The position numbers and the translations under genes are program-made. Under the pieces are notes generated by a model. That model made no database searches and was not told the origin of the DNA. It saw only the letters and a program-made list of their open reading frames with translations. 64,000 bases of DNA from a bacterium (lineage in GTDB: Bacteria; UBA8248; JACPRG01; G963555815), in the NCBI GenBank assembly GCA_965218795.1, contig OZ244653.1:832001-896000 (forward strand). The letters are read 5' to 3'. Within the stretch, counting starts at the first letter, position 1, and the number at the start of each line of letters is the position of its first letter. This document shows positions 17,377 through 26,086 of the stretch, piece by piece.

Positions 17377-19571
17377 GCAGACTGGAGCTTGCGGAGCAGT
17401 TTGATGTTTTCGGTATGCCCGCTCATGCGGGCTGTCACCTTGCCCCGGATGGGACGGCCGAGGAGAAACAGATCGCCGATGACGTCCAGAATCTTGTGGC
17501 GGACAAACTCATCAGGGAAGCGGAGTTTGGTGTTGAGCACTTTCCCTTCGTCCAACAGGACAACGTTGTCCAGCCTGCCCCCTTCAACCAGCCCCCGCCT
17601 GCCCTGTAGCTCGACATCCTTGATTCGCCCGAAGGTTCGCGCCGGCGCAATGATATCCCGGAAGGTTTCCGGAGCGGTGAGCATAAATGTGAATTCCTGC
17701 GTACCGATAGGTTCGGGCAATACAAGGTGAAATTCAACGACAAAGTCGTTATGAGGCTCGATTTGAAGAATCGAAGGCACTCCATTGGTCCGATCGGACA
17801 CGACCTCTACAGCGGTCGCGGCCTTCAGCGGCTCCAGGACTGATTCCTGATCCACCACCCCGGCCTCTTCAATCAACCGGCAAAACTCCAGCGCCGACCC
17901 GTCCATGATGGGGATTTCTTCTTCCACCTTGATGAGCGCGTTGCTGATACCGTAAGCATGCAGGGTCGCCATGAGGTGCTCGATAGTACGGATCGTGATG
18001 TTTCCCTGGCGGAGGGTTGTTGCGAAAGCGGTGGATACGACGTTGTCGAGGTGTGCGGGAACCGTTTCTTCGGACGTAATATTGCCAAACAGAATCCCGC
18101 TGTCGGGAGGAAGAGGCGACAGGATCAGACCGGTCTTCAGGCCGGAGTGCAGGCCCTGACCGCTCAGGAGGATGCTCTTGCCCAAGGAGCGCTGATACAG
18201 CCCGGGCGGGCGCACAGGCAGCGCGGCGGCCAATCCGTATGTCTTCATCTTGGTCCGCAGGGCGCCTTCCGAGATACCCAGTTGCGATGCGGTCTTCCTC
18301 AGATTTCCGTCATGTTTTTGGAGGAGTTTATAGAGGTAACTTCGCTCCCAATCAACGTTTTCATTGACATGGATCGGTAGCGGTTGCAACCCGTTGGTTG
18401 GGCCGCCGCGCAACTCGGCGGGCAACTGGGACAGACCAATCGCCTCGTCTGATCTCTCCCGGGCAGCAAGGTCCTCCACAACGTTCTTCAGAGACTTGAT
18501 ATTCTCAGGCCAACCGTAGCTCTCCATGGCTTGGAGCGCCTCTTCGTCGAATACCGGCCGTCGGAGTCCATGCTTGCTGCAGTATCGGGTGAGGAAGTGT
18601 TCGACCAGGCCCCGGATGTCCTCCCAGCGCTCCCGCAGAGGCGGCACCCGGATGGGCTTGGTCTGAATCAGCCCGGCGAGTTCCTCTCCGAACACCGATG
18701 AGAATGACTTCGTCCGAAGGTCCGCCTGGGTTGAAAAAATGACCCGCGCAGCGACCGGAACCGGTTCTCGGCCGTTTTTCCGGAGAAATTCTCCGCTCTT
18801 GAGGGTATCCGCTAGTCGCGACGCCAATTGCGGGTCAATCCGTTCCGATGCGAACAGGTACAGGGTTCCTTCCCCTACGGCTTCCATCAGTCCCCGATAA
18901 ATTTCACCTGCCGGGTCCTCGACGCCGAAGACCATTGTCATCAGCGGGATCCCCGATGGATTGCCGACTTGTCGGTCGCAATTCACTCGGGCGAAGGCAT
19001 GTCCGATTCCGGAGCGGCGAACCTGTAGCAAGTGAGCGACCAGCTCCCTCCCCGTGCCGGATTCTCCGTAAATCACTATGGAGCCCGATTCGAATGAGGT
19101 CGATTCAATCTCCCGCCATAATTCAAAGACCGCCTGGCTTCGCCCGATCAACTCAGGCAACTTGTCCAGGCGGTCCCTGACATTCTCGTTGCCGCGCAAG
19201 AGCTCTTGCTGGCGGAGGGCCAGTTCCACGGTGTGAACAACCTGGTCCAGTGAGAAGGGCTTCTCAATGAAGTCGAAGGCGCCGAGTTTTGTCGCCTTGA
19301 CGGCTGTCTCGATGTTGGCGTGACCGGACATCATGATGACTCCCAAATCGGCACGCTGATTCCGGACCGCCTGGAGAACCTGAATCCCATCCAACCCGGG
19401 GAGCCACACATCCAGCAGAACGATGTCAGGGGACTCGCGATTCATGATCGTCAGGGCCTCATCTCCGTCCGATGCCTGTACCGTCGTGAACCCTTCGTCC
19501 TGCAAAATTCCCTGGAGGGAGTGTCGGATGCTCTCTTCATCGTCGACGATCAGGATGTGGCCCCGACTCAA
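17373..19571 (-). CDS. lpxC: NtrX-like response regulator (REC + degenerate sigma54-type AAA+ + Fis HTH) fused to UDP-3-O-acyl-GlcNAc deacetylase LpxC
   Basis: One uninterrupted ORF. REC: IVDDE, LLDVW, MSGH, EKPF. AAA+-like: GESGTGRE, VPPLRER, WPEN. HTH: NLRKTASQLGISEGAL. LpxC from about nt 18194: GQGLHSG, TIEHLMA, EIPIMDGSA, APARTFG, FPDEFVRHKILD, SGH. Probable start TTG 19571 after GGAGA (track start is 19604). Confidence 0.95.
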   Translation of the reverse strand: MSRGHILIVDDEESIRHSLQGILQDEGFTTVQASDGDEALTIMNRESPDIVLLDVWLPGLDGIQVLQAVRNQRADLGVIMMSGHANIETAVKATKLGAFDFIEKPFSLDQVVHTVELALRQQELLRGNENVRDRLDKLPELIGRSQAVFELWREIESTSFESGSIVIYGESGTGRELVAHLLQVRRSGIGHAFARVNCDRQVGNPSGIPLMTMVFGVEDPAGEIYRGLMEAVGEGTLYLFASERIDPQLASRLADTLKSGEFLRKNGREPVPVAARVIFSTQADLRTKSFSSVFGEELAGLIQTKPIRVPPLRERWEDIRGLVEHFLTRYCSKHGLRRPVFDEEALQAMESYGWPENIKSLKNVVEDLAARERSDEAIGLSQLPAELRGGPTNGLQPLPIHVNENVDWERSYLYKLLQKHDGNLRKTASQLGISEGALRTKMKTYGLAAALPVRPPGLYQRSLGKSILLSGQGLHSGLKTGLILSPLPPDSGILFGNITSEETVPAHLDNVVSTAFATTLRQGNITIRTIEHLMATLHAYGISNALIKVEEEIPIMDGSALEFCRLIEEAGVVDQESVLEPLKAATAVEVVSDRTNGVPSILQIEPHNDFVVEFHLVLPEPIGTQEFTFMLTAPETFRDIIAPARTFGRIKDVELQGRRGLVEGGRLDNVVLLDEGKVLNTKLRFPDEFVRHKILDVIGDLFLLGRPIRGKVTARMSGHTENIKLLRKLQSA

Positions 19572-19593
19572 AACGGTCTCTCCCAAAGTCTGC

Positions 19594-21819
19594 TCATACC
19601 GCAAGCCGTGTACGCGCCGCCTCTCTGTTCAGCGGGAGACGGATTTCAAACGTCGCTCCCTGTGGCACCGAATCCCGGACCTCGATGGTGCCGTCGTGGT
19701 CGGCGATGATCCGGTGGACGATGGCCAGTCCCAGGCCGGTCCCGCGCCGCTTCGTTGTAAAGTACGGGAGAAATAGCCTGTTGCGATCCTCCTCGGAGAT
19801 TCCCGGACCGTCGTCACTCACTTCGATCTTGACCATCTCCTGGAAATTGTCGCAGAAGGTCCGGATGTTCAATCGGCCCGCGTCCGGCGTGACATCGATG
19901 GCATTGTCGATCAGGTTGATAAAGACTCGCTTGAGTTGTTCCTCATCCGCCTGGATCGGGCCCAGTCGGTCGTCTAATTCGGTTTCAAACCGCACCACCC
20001 TCGAATGGCCGCTGTACAGCGAGATCGTCTCCTGAATGATCTTGTGGAGATCGCATGCACCGGGTCTGGGCTCAGGCATGCGGGCGAACCCTGAAAACTC
20101 GTTGAGCAATTCCATGAGTCCTTTGACCTGGTTAATGATAACAGAGGTGCATTCCTGAAATACGGCGTGGAAGTCCGGTGCCTTTTCCAGGTATTTTTTC
20201 CGCAACCGCTGTGTCGCCAGCTGAATGGGTGTCAGCGGGTTCTTGATTTCGTGTGCGATCCCCTGCGCCACCTCCCGCCAGGCCGCCAATTTTTGCGCTT
20301 TCACCAGTTCGGTCAAATCCTCGAACACGAGGACCATGCCAGATCCTTTTCCCTCCCAGTCGGTCAACACACTGACGCTGATCAGCAGGGTCAACAGACG
20401 GCCTCCCACGGTCACCGAACGCTGCGCCTCCAGGCGATCCAGCCGGCTTCGGGCGATCTCCCGGAATAACTCGCGGGCTGGTTCGATCAACGCCGGGCTG
20501 AAGACCCGGCGGTAATGGGAGTCTAAGACCTCCACCCCCTGAATGCCCAGCATCGCCTCCGCCGCCCGATTGATCGTGGTGACCCGTCCTCGACGATCCA
20601 GGGAGACCACGCCGGCGCCAATCCGCTCCAGCACCCTTTCCATATACACCCGCCGGCTCTCCAGCTCGGTATTAGATTGTTCCAGCCATTCCTTTCCGCG
20701 CTTCAGATCGGCCGTCATGGCGTTGAAGGCGTCCACCAGATAACCGATTTCGTCGTCACCTTCCCGGGCGACATGGATATCCAGATTTCCTCCGGAGACG
20801 GCGCGGGTACCCTCGACCAAGGCTTTGATGGGTTCGGTGATTCCCCGAGCAAGGTAGAAACCAAACCAGATGGCCGAGAAGATGATCAACAAGGTAATCA
20901 ACAAGAAAGTGATCAGGTAGCTGACTTTGAGGGGGTCCCCGAACATCTCGAGCTGTTTGTACTCGCGGTAAGCCCCGATGACGCTTTCCATCTTCTTCGT
21001 GAGGTCGTTTGGCACATATCGGGAAACGACGAGCAAACCCAGCTTCCGGTCCTTTCCGGTTCCCGACTCCAACGCGCTCACAGCCCGAACGACACGTCCA
21101 GACCCCACCTGCTGCCGCTCCACGACAATTTTCCCGCTCATCGCGCGGTCCACCTGATCGGGTGTTTTTTTCTCAATCAGAAGGTCTTTTGACAAACTTT
21201 CATTGCGGACATTCAGGAAGGATTTTTGATCGGCGGTCAGGATCTGCAGGGCGTCCACCTGATGCTCGTGAAGCTTTTCTTCAAGATAAACCTTCAGGGC
21301 AAAGTTATCCGCCGGACGAGTTAAGTCCGAAACATCGATTTGCCTCGCGAGCGTGGAGGTCAGCCTGGACAGCCGCCGGTCGGTTTCATCGCCGATCTTT
21401 TTCACCACCTCTTGGGAGTCCTTGAGGGTGCTCTCAACCTGCGAGTTGAACCAACTCTCGATACTCCGGTTGATCAATCCGTTCGCCACGACGAAGAGCA
21501 AGACGGAAGGAGTCAGCGCAAGGCCGACGAAGGCGGTGACCAGCTTCGCCCGAAACTTTGTGCCAATCGCGCCGCGGCGGCGCTCGTAATAGAGTTTCAG
21601 CAGATTGCGCAGGACGAGCAGAACCAGCGCCAGCAGCAAGATGACGTTGACATTGACCAGGGCATAGACGATGACGTTGTTCGCCATCAAATGAGCGGGA
21701 TTGAACTCGAAATAGATCCCGGTGATCGTCAGGATGAGGATGATGCAGACCGCGCCTGTAACGATGCGGCGGACCCTTCGTCTTGCATGCCCGTTCTCAT
21801 TTTTCGGTGCGTTCGACAT
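19594..21819 (-). CDS. ntrY: NtrY-like membrane sensor histidine kinase (TMs, periplasmic domain, HAMP, PAS, HisKA, HATPase)
   Basis: Three N-terminal TMs then NRSIESWF; HAMP (ITEPIKAL...DDEIGYLVDAFNAM); PAS; AAWREVAQGIAHEIKNPLTPIQL H-box; N/G1/F/G2 boxes. Start placed at ATG 21819. Confidence 0.92.
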   Translation of the reverse strand: MSNAPKNENGHARRRVRRIVTGAVCIILILTITGIYFEFNPAHLMANNVIVYALVNVNVILLLALVLLVLRNLLKLYYERRRGAIGTKFRAKLVTAFVGLALTPSVLLFVVANGLINRSIESWFNSQVESTLKDSQEVVKKIGDETDRRLSRLTSTLARQIDVSDLTRPADNFALKVYLEEKLHEHQVDALQILTADQKSFLNVRNESLSKDLLIEKKTPDQVDRAMSGKIVVERQQVGSGRVVRAVSALESGTGKDRKLGLLVVSRYVPNDLTKKMESVIGAYREYKQLEMFGDPLKVSYLITFLLITLLIIFSAIWFGFYLARGITEPIKALVEGTRAVSGGNLDIHVAREGDDEIGYLVDAFNAMTADLKRGKEWLEQSNTELESRRVYMERVLERIGAGVVSLDRRGRVTTINRAAEAMLGIQGVEVLDSHYRRVFSPALIEPARELFREIARSRLDRLEAQRSVTVGGRLLTLLISVSVLTDWEGKGSGMVLVFEDLTELVKAQKLAAWREVAQGIAHEIKNPLTPIQLATQRLRKKYLEKAPDFHAVFQECTSVIINQVKGLMELLNEFSGFARMPEPRPGACDLHKIIQETISLYSGHSRVVRFETELDDRLGPIQADEEQLKRVFINLIDNAIDVTPDAGRLNIRTFCDNFQEMVKIEVSDDGPGISEEDRNRLFLPYFTTKRRGTGLGLAIVHRIIADHDGTIEVRDSVPQGATFEIRLPLNREAARTRLAV

Positions 21820-21992
21820 GTCCAACCGTGGCTGCGCCTTGTGAAGCGAACGGTCAATCGATCTGGGCGTTGTCTCAATTCGCCCTGATGCCCCATGATT
21901 CAAATCCGGCGGTTCTTCTTTCCCGGGGCTTCGCTATCTTATCCTTAAAATGCATTATCTAACGAAAATGGAGCCCCCCGGGCAAGGCAAAT

Positions 21993-24704
21993 TCATTTCT
22001 CCGGCTCCAGTTCCAATTCCCGCTTCAGTTCGTGAAGAAAATTGAGCGCCTCGATGGGTGTCATTTGATCCGGTTCGGCGTCCCTGATTTTTTGTATCAA
22101 CTCCGGCGAATGGCCATGAAACAGAGGCAACTGACCGGGGTCGCTCGGCGGGTGCGCGAGGGACCTCGCCCATTGATTTTCGTCCTCAAAGGTTGCCAGC
22201 ATCTGTTCGGCACGTTTCAGCGTAGGACCGGGAAATCCCGCCAGCCGGGCGACATGAATCCCGTAACTCCGGTCGGATGTTCCCTCGACGACCTGGCGCA
22301 AAAAAACAACATTTCCCCTATATTCCCTAGCCAGCATCGCAAGATTCTGGACTCGCGCAAGGCGGTTCGCCAATTCGGCCAACTCATGATAGTGGGTTGC
22401 AAAAAGGGTGCGGGGACCGATGTCCCCTTCGCCGTGGAGGTGCTCGGCAACGGCCCAGGCGATGCTGATGCCGTCAAAGGTCGAGGTGCCGCGTCCGATC
22501 TCATCGAGGATCACCAGGCTTCTCGGTGTCGCGTGATGGAGGATGTAGGCGGTTTCCACCATTTCCACCATGAAAGTGCTCTGCCCGCGCTGGAGTCGGT
22601 CGTGCGCGCCGACCCTGGTGAAGACCCGGTCGATCAGCCCGATCCGGGCCGCTTCGGCGGGGACAAAACTCCCCACTTGCGCAAGAAGCACAATCAAGGC
22701 GACCTGGCGGATATAAGTCGACTTGCCGGCCATGTTGGGTCCGGTGACAACGAGGACCTGGCGCTCGGAGGCGCTGAGGTCGGCATGATTCGGCACGAAG
22801 CGTTCTTCCAGGGCCGCCGGAGACTGCTCCAGAACCGGGTGCCGCCCTTCCCGGATCATGATGTCACCGGATTCATCCACCTCCGGCTCGACATATTGGA
22901 GGCGGGATGCGTTTTCGGCGAAGGTCGAGAGCACATCCAGCGAGGCCAATCGCCGGGCGGCACTCTGAATCCTGTCCGTTTCCGTCAGGACGGCGGTCCG
23001 GATCTCTTGGAATATCTCATATTCCATGTCCCGGGCCCGAGAGTCCGCCTCGAGGACCTCTTCCTCGGTTTTCTTCAGTTCGGGCGTGACATACCGCTCG
23101 GCGTTGGTCAGAGTCTGGCGACGCGTATATTCTGGGGGCACGTGGGTTTCCTCGCGCTTGCTGACCTCCAGGCAGTAGCCAAAAACTTTGTTGTAGACGA
23201 TCTTCAAATTCCTGATGCCCGTCCGAGCCCGCTCTTCCTCCTCATAAGAGCGGAGCCATGACTTGGCGTCCTGACTCATCCGGCGCAAACGGTCCAATTC
23301 GTCCCGGTAGCCGAGATTGATGAGACCGCCGTCTCGAAGAGTGATGGGCGGCGCATCGACCACGGCGGCGTCAATGCCTTCGACGACGTCGGCCATGTCA
23401 TCCCATGCCGAGAGCTGTTCACGGATGAGGACGGTATCCATTTCCGAAATCACTTTGCGCACCGCTGGAAGCGTCTGAAGGGACCGACAGAGATTTCGAA
23501 GGTCCCGCGCGTTTCCCGGCCCCAGATGGAGCCTGGCCAGCAACCTTTCGATGTCGCCTATCGTTCCCAAGGCCCCCCGCAATCCATCCTGGGCCGCGGC
23601 GTTCTCCTTCAAGGCACGGACCGTTTCGAGTCGGGCCCGAATCGGCTCCTTCCGGACGAGCGGATGGAGCAGCCAGTTTCTGAGCATGCGCCCGCCCATG
23701 GGCGTTACGGTTCGGTCCAGAACCTGAAGCAGCGTCCCGCTCCTTTCCCCCTCGGGTCCGGCGCGGAGGATTTCCAGATTGCGCAGAGTGGCAGCGTCCA
23801 GCAGCATCGTTTCGCCACGGGTGACCGCGCGCGGCGCGCGAAGATGTCCCAGGCGGTCTCCCTGGGTGTCCCGCAGGAAGGTGTAGAGCGCCCCCGCGGC
23901 CCCGGTCCCTAACGGCATGTCATCCAGGCCCAGCCCTTGCAAGGAACCGAGGCCGAAACCCGAGCGGAGAACGCGGGCGCCTTCTTCCGGTTCAAATGTC
24001 CAGGAGGGCTGTCGGCTGATCAATATGTTTCCCCTCTCCCGTAATGCCGGAGATTGCCGGTGCGGGTGGAAACCGTCTTCCGCGTCCTCGGGCAGAAGGA
24101 GCTCCTTGGGTTCCAGATCGGCCCATTCATCAGCGAGGAGAGACCACCGCTCCCTGCCCTCCAATTCCAGGACACCGAATTCTCCAGTCGAGAGATCGGC
24201 GAACGCAAACCCCACGGAATCCACGCCTTCAGTCATGGCGGCCAGGTAGTTACCGGACTTGGATTCGAGGACTTGGGGCTGGGTGGCTGTACCCGGCGAG
24301 ACCACCTGAATCACCTCACGTTTGACCAGTCCCTTCGCCTTCTTCGGGTCCTCGACCTGGTCGCAGACGGCCACGCGGTATCCGGCCTTGACCAGGCGCG
24401 CCACATAGCCTTCCGCGGCGTGATGGGGAAATCCGCACATCGGCACCCTCCCCTGGGCGTCGTCGTGCCGCGAGGTGAGCGCGAGGTCGAGCACCGGCGC
24501 CGCAGTCTCGGCGTCTTCATAGAACATTTCGTAAAAGTCGCCCATCCGGAAAAACAGGATGGCATCCGGATGCCCCCGCTTGATGCTTCTGTACTGCCGC
24601 ATCATGGGGGTCAGCGCGGTTTCCTTTGCAGCTTGGGTCTTGGGAGAAACCGGGGCCGTTTTTCGGGAGGCGTCGTCAGTCGGAAGGGATGGGGTTTTCG
24701 TCAA
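21993..24704 (-). CDS. mutS: DNA mismatch repair protein MutS
   Basis: TPMMRQY, FFRMGDFYEMF, TGPNMAGKST, STFMVEM, LDEIGRGTST, SYGIHVA. Start placed at TTG 24704, after lapA (approximate). Confidence 0.98.
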   Translation of the reverse strand: MTKTPSLPTDDASRKTAPVSPKTQAAKETALTPMMRQYRSIKRGHPDAILFFRMGDFYEMFYEDAETAAPVLDLALTSRHDDAQGRVPMCGFPHHAAEGYVARLVKAGYRVAVCDQVEDPKKAKGLVKREVIQVVSPGTATQPQVLESKSGNYLAAMTEGVDSVGFAFADLSTGEFGVLELEGRERWSLLADEWADLEPKELLLPEDAEDGFHPHRQSPALRERGNILISRQPSWTFEPEEGARVLRSGFGLGSLQGLGLDDMPLGTGAAGALYTFLRDTQGDRLGHLRAPRAVTRGETMLLDAATLRNLEILRAGPEGERSGTLLQVLDRTVTPMGGRMLRNWLLHPLVRKEPIRARLETVRALKENAAAQDGLRGALGTIGDIERLLARLHLGPGNARDLRNLCRSLQTLPAVRKVISEMDTVLIREQLSAWDDMADVVEGIDAAVVDAPPITLRDGGLINLGYRDELDRLRRMSQDAKSWLRSYEEEERARTGIRNLKIVYNKVFGYCLEVSKREETHVPPEYTRRQTLTNAERYVTPELKKTEEEVLEADSRARDMEYEIFQEIRTAVLTETDRIQSAARRLASLDVLSTFAENASRLQYVEPEVDESGDIMIREGRHPVLEQSPAALEERFVPNHADLSASERQVLVVTGPNMAGKSTYIRQVALIVLLAQVGSFVPAEAARIGLIDRVFTRVGAHDRLQRGQSTFMVEMVETAYILHHATPRSLVILDEIGRGTSTFDGISIAWAVAEHLHGEGDIGPRTLFATHYHELAELANRLARVQNLAMLAREYRGNVVFLRQVVEGTSDRSYGIHVARLAGFPGPTLKRAEQMLATFEDENQWARSLAHPPSDPGQLPLFHGHSPELIQKIRDAEPDQMTPIEALNFLHELKRELELEPEK

Positions 24705-24711
24705 GGCGTTT

Positions 24712-25077
24712 TCAATGGTCGGCCGAGGGCGCCCGGACGGGACCCACCTCGGACGAGTGCGCAGGTTCGATGTCCTCGCCTTCGGCCAAGACCGGAACCA
24801 GACTTCGCTCCTCCATCTCCTGAACGCGGTCACGGAGCTTACGCAGGTCTGCTTGATCCCGTCTCGATTTCCACCGGAGCCGGACTTTTTCCACGATATG
24901 GAAAACCCATGCCGAAACGGCCCCCAATGCGAAGGCCATCAACAGGAGATAGAACAAAGGCACGGTTCGGCTGGGCAGGCCGTAGAAGCCGACCGTCGCC
25001 AGGTGCATGTTCTTGACCCCAAACGTGACAAGGAGAAGAACGCCCGCCAGGGCGAGAATGAATCGGAAGGCGCCCAT
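24712..25077 (-). CDS. lapA: LapA family (DUF1049) lipopolysaccharide assembly protein
   Basis: Two TMs with F.VKN...V motif, PLFYLLLMAFALG, then a basic coiled-coil tail. Confidence 0.8.
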   Translation of the reverse strand: MGAFRFILALAGVLLLVTFGVKNMHLATVGFYGLPSRTVPLFYLLLMAFALGAVSAWVFHIVEKVRLRWKSRRDQADLRKLRDRVQEMEERSLVPVLAEGEDIEPAHSSEVGPVRAPSADH

Positions 25078-25079
25078 GC

Positions 25080-25574
25080 CTACCCCACTGCCTTGTCGAA
25101 CAAAACTTTCAGCGTCCGAAACGTACTGTCCAAATGATCGGGAATCAGCTTGACGTCGGCCAGGACCGGCATGAAATTCGTGTCCCCGGTCCAGCGAGGA
25201 ACGATGTGGACATGCAGATGCTCCGCCACGCCCGCACCAGCGGCCTGTCCGAGGTTGATTCCAATGTTATAGCCGTGCGGGCCCATGGCCTCGCCGAGAA
25301 ACCCGACGGACAGTTGGGTCAGCCTCATCAGCTCGTTCCGCTCCTCCTCGGTCAGGTCCAGGAACTCTCCGATATGCCGGCGGGGCGAAACCATCAAGTG
25401 GCCGTTGCTGTACGGGAATAGGTTCATGATCACGAACACCAATGCCGTCCGGCAGAGGACATGGTTCTCTTCATCCTTTCCGTCCTCGTTCAGCTTTCGA
25501 CACAAGAAGCAGCCTTCCTCAGCGTCGTCCCCTTTGACGTACGCCATTCGCCAGGGGGCCCACAGATTCTTCAA
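25080..25574 (-). CDS. HIT family nucleotide hydrolase (Ap4A phosphorylase/FHIT-like)
   Basis: LWAPWRMAY, CFLC, NLFPYSNGHLMV, AGAG, HLHVHIVPRW. Confidence 0.95.
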   Translation of the reverse strand: MKNLWAPWRMAYVKGDDAEEGCFLCRKLNEDGKDEENHVLCRTALVFVIMNLFPYSNGHLMVSPRRHIGEFLDLTEEERNELMRLTQLSVGFLGEAMGPHGYNIGINLGQAAGAGVAEHLHVHIVPRWTGDTNFMPVLADVKLIPDHLDSTFRTLKVLFDKAVG

Positions 25575-26086
25575 TACGCCTCCTTGGCAATCCGGGCCGA
25601 ATTCTCATCGACGGAAAGTTCCTGGAAACAACGTCCTTCCTCCTTCCGCATCCTGCGTCGCTGGGCCTCGGTCCCATGATCAAATCCGAGGAGGTGAAGA
25701 GTACCGTGAATCAGAAGGCGAAGGATCTCATCCCCCAGAGGGTTCCCTGCTTCCACCATCCGGGGGACGGCGCCGGAGGGGCTTCCGCTGCCCGATCTTC
25801 CGGTTCTTGATTGGCGCAAAGCCGTTTCCACCGAGATCACCACATCGCCCATGAGTGCGTCCGAGCGGTCCGTCCCTTCCTGCTGCGGAAAAGCCAGAAC
25901 GTCGGTGGCTTCCCGTTCAGAACGATAGCGGCCGTTGAGCGCTGCCATCTCTTCGTCGTCGACCAAGAGAACGCTGAGTTCATCCGACGGACGATTCAGA
26001 AGCCTTAACAGTTTCCGCGCTCGGTTCCCGAGCCATCTGCGGTTGATCTTCGCTGTCTTTTGCCTGGTCGTCAGTGTGGCTGGCAT
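25571..26086 (-). CDS. ybeY: rRNA maturation endoribonuclease YbeY
   Basis: TDVLAFP, GDVVIS, HGTLHLLGFDH. Confidence 0.97.
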   Translation of the reverse strand: MPATLTTRQKTAKINRRWLGNRARKLLRLLNRPSDELSVLLVDDEEMAALNGRYRSEREATDVLAFPQQEGTDRSDALMGDVVISVETALRQSRTGRSGSGSPSGAVPRMVEAGNPLGDEILRLLIHGTLHLLGFDHGTEAQRRRMRKEEGRCFQELSVDENSARIAKEAY

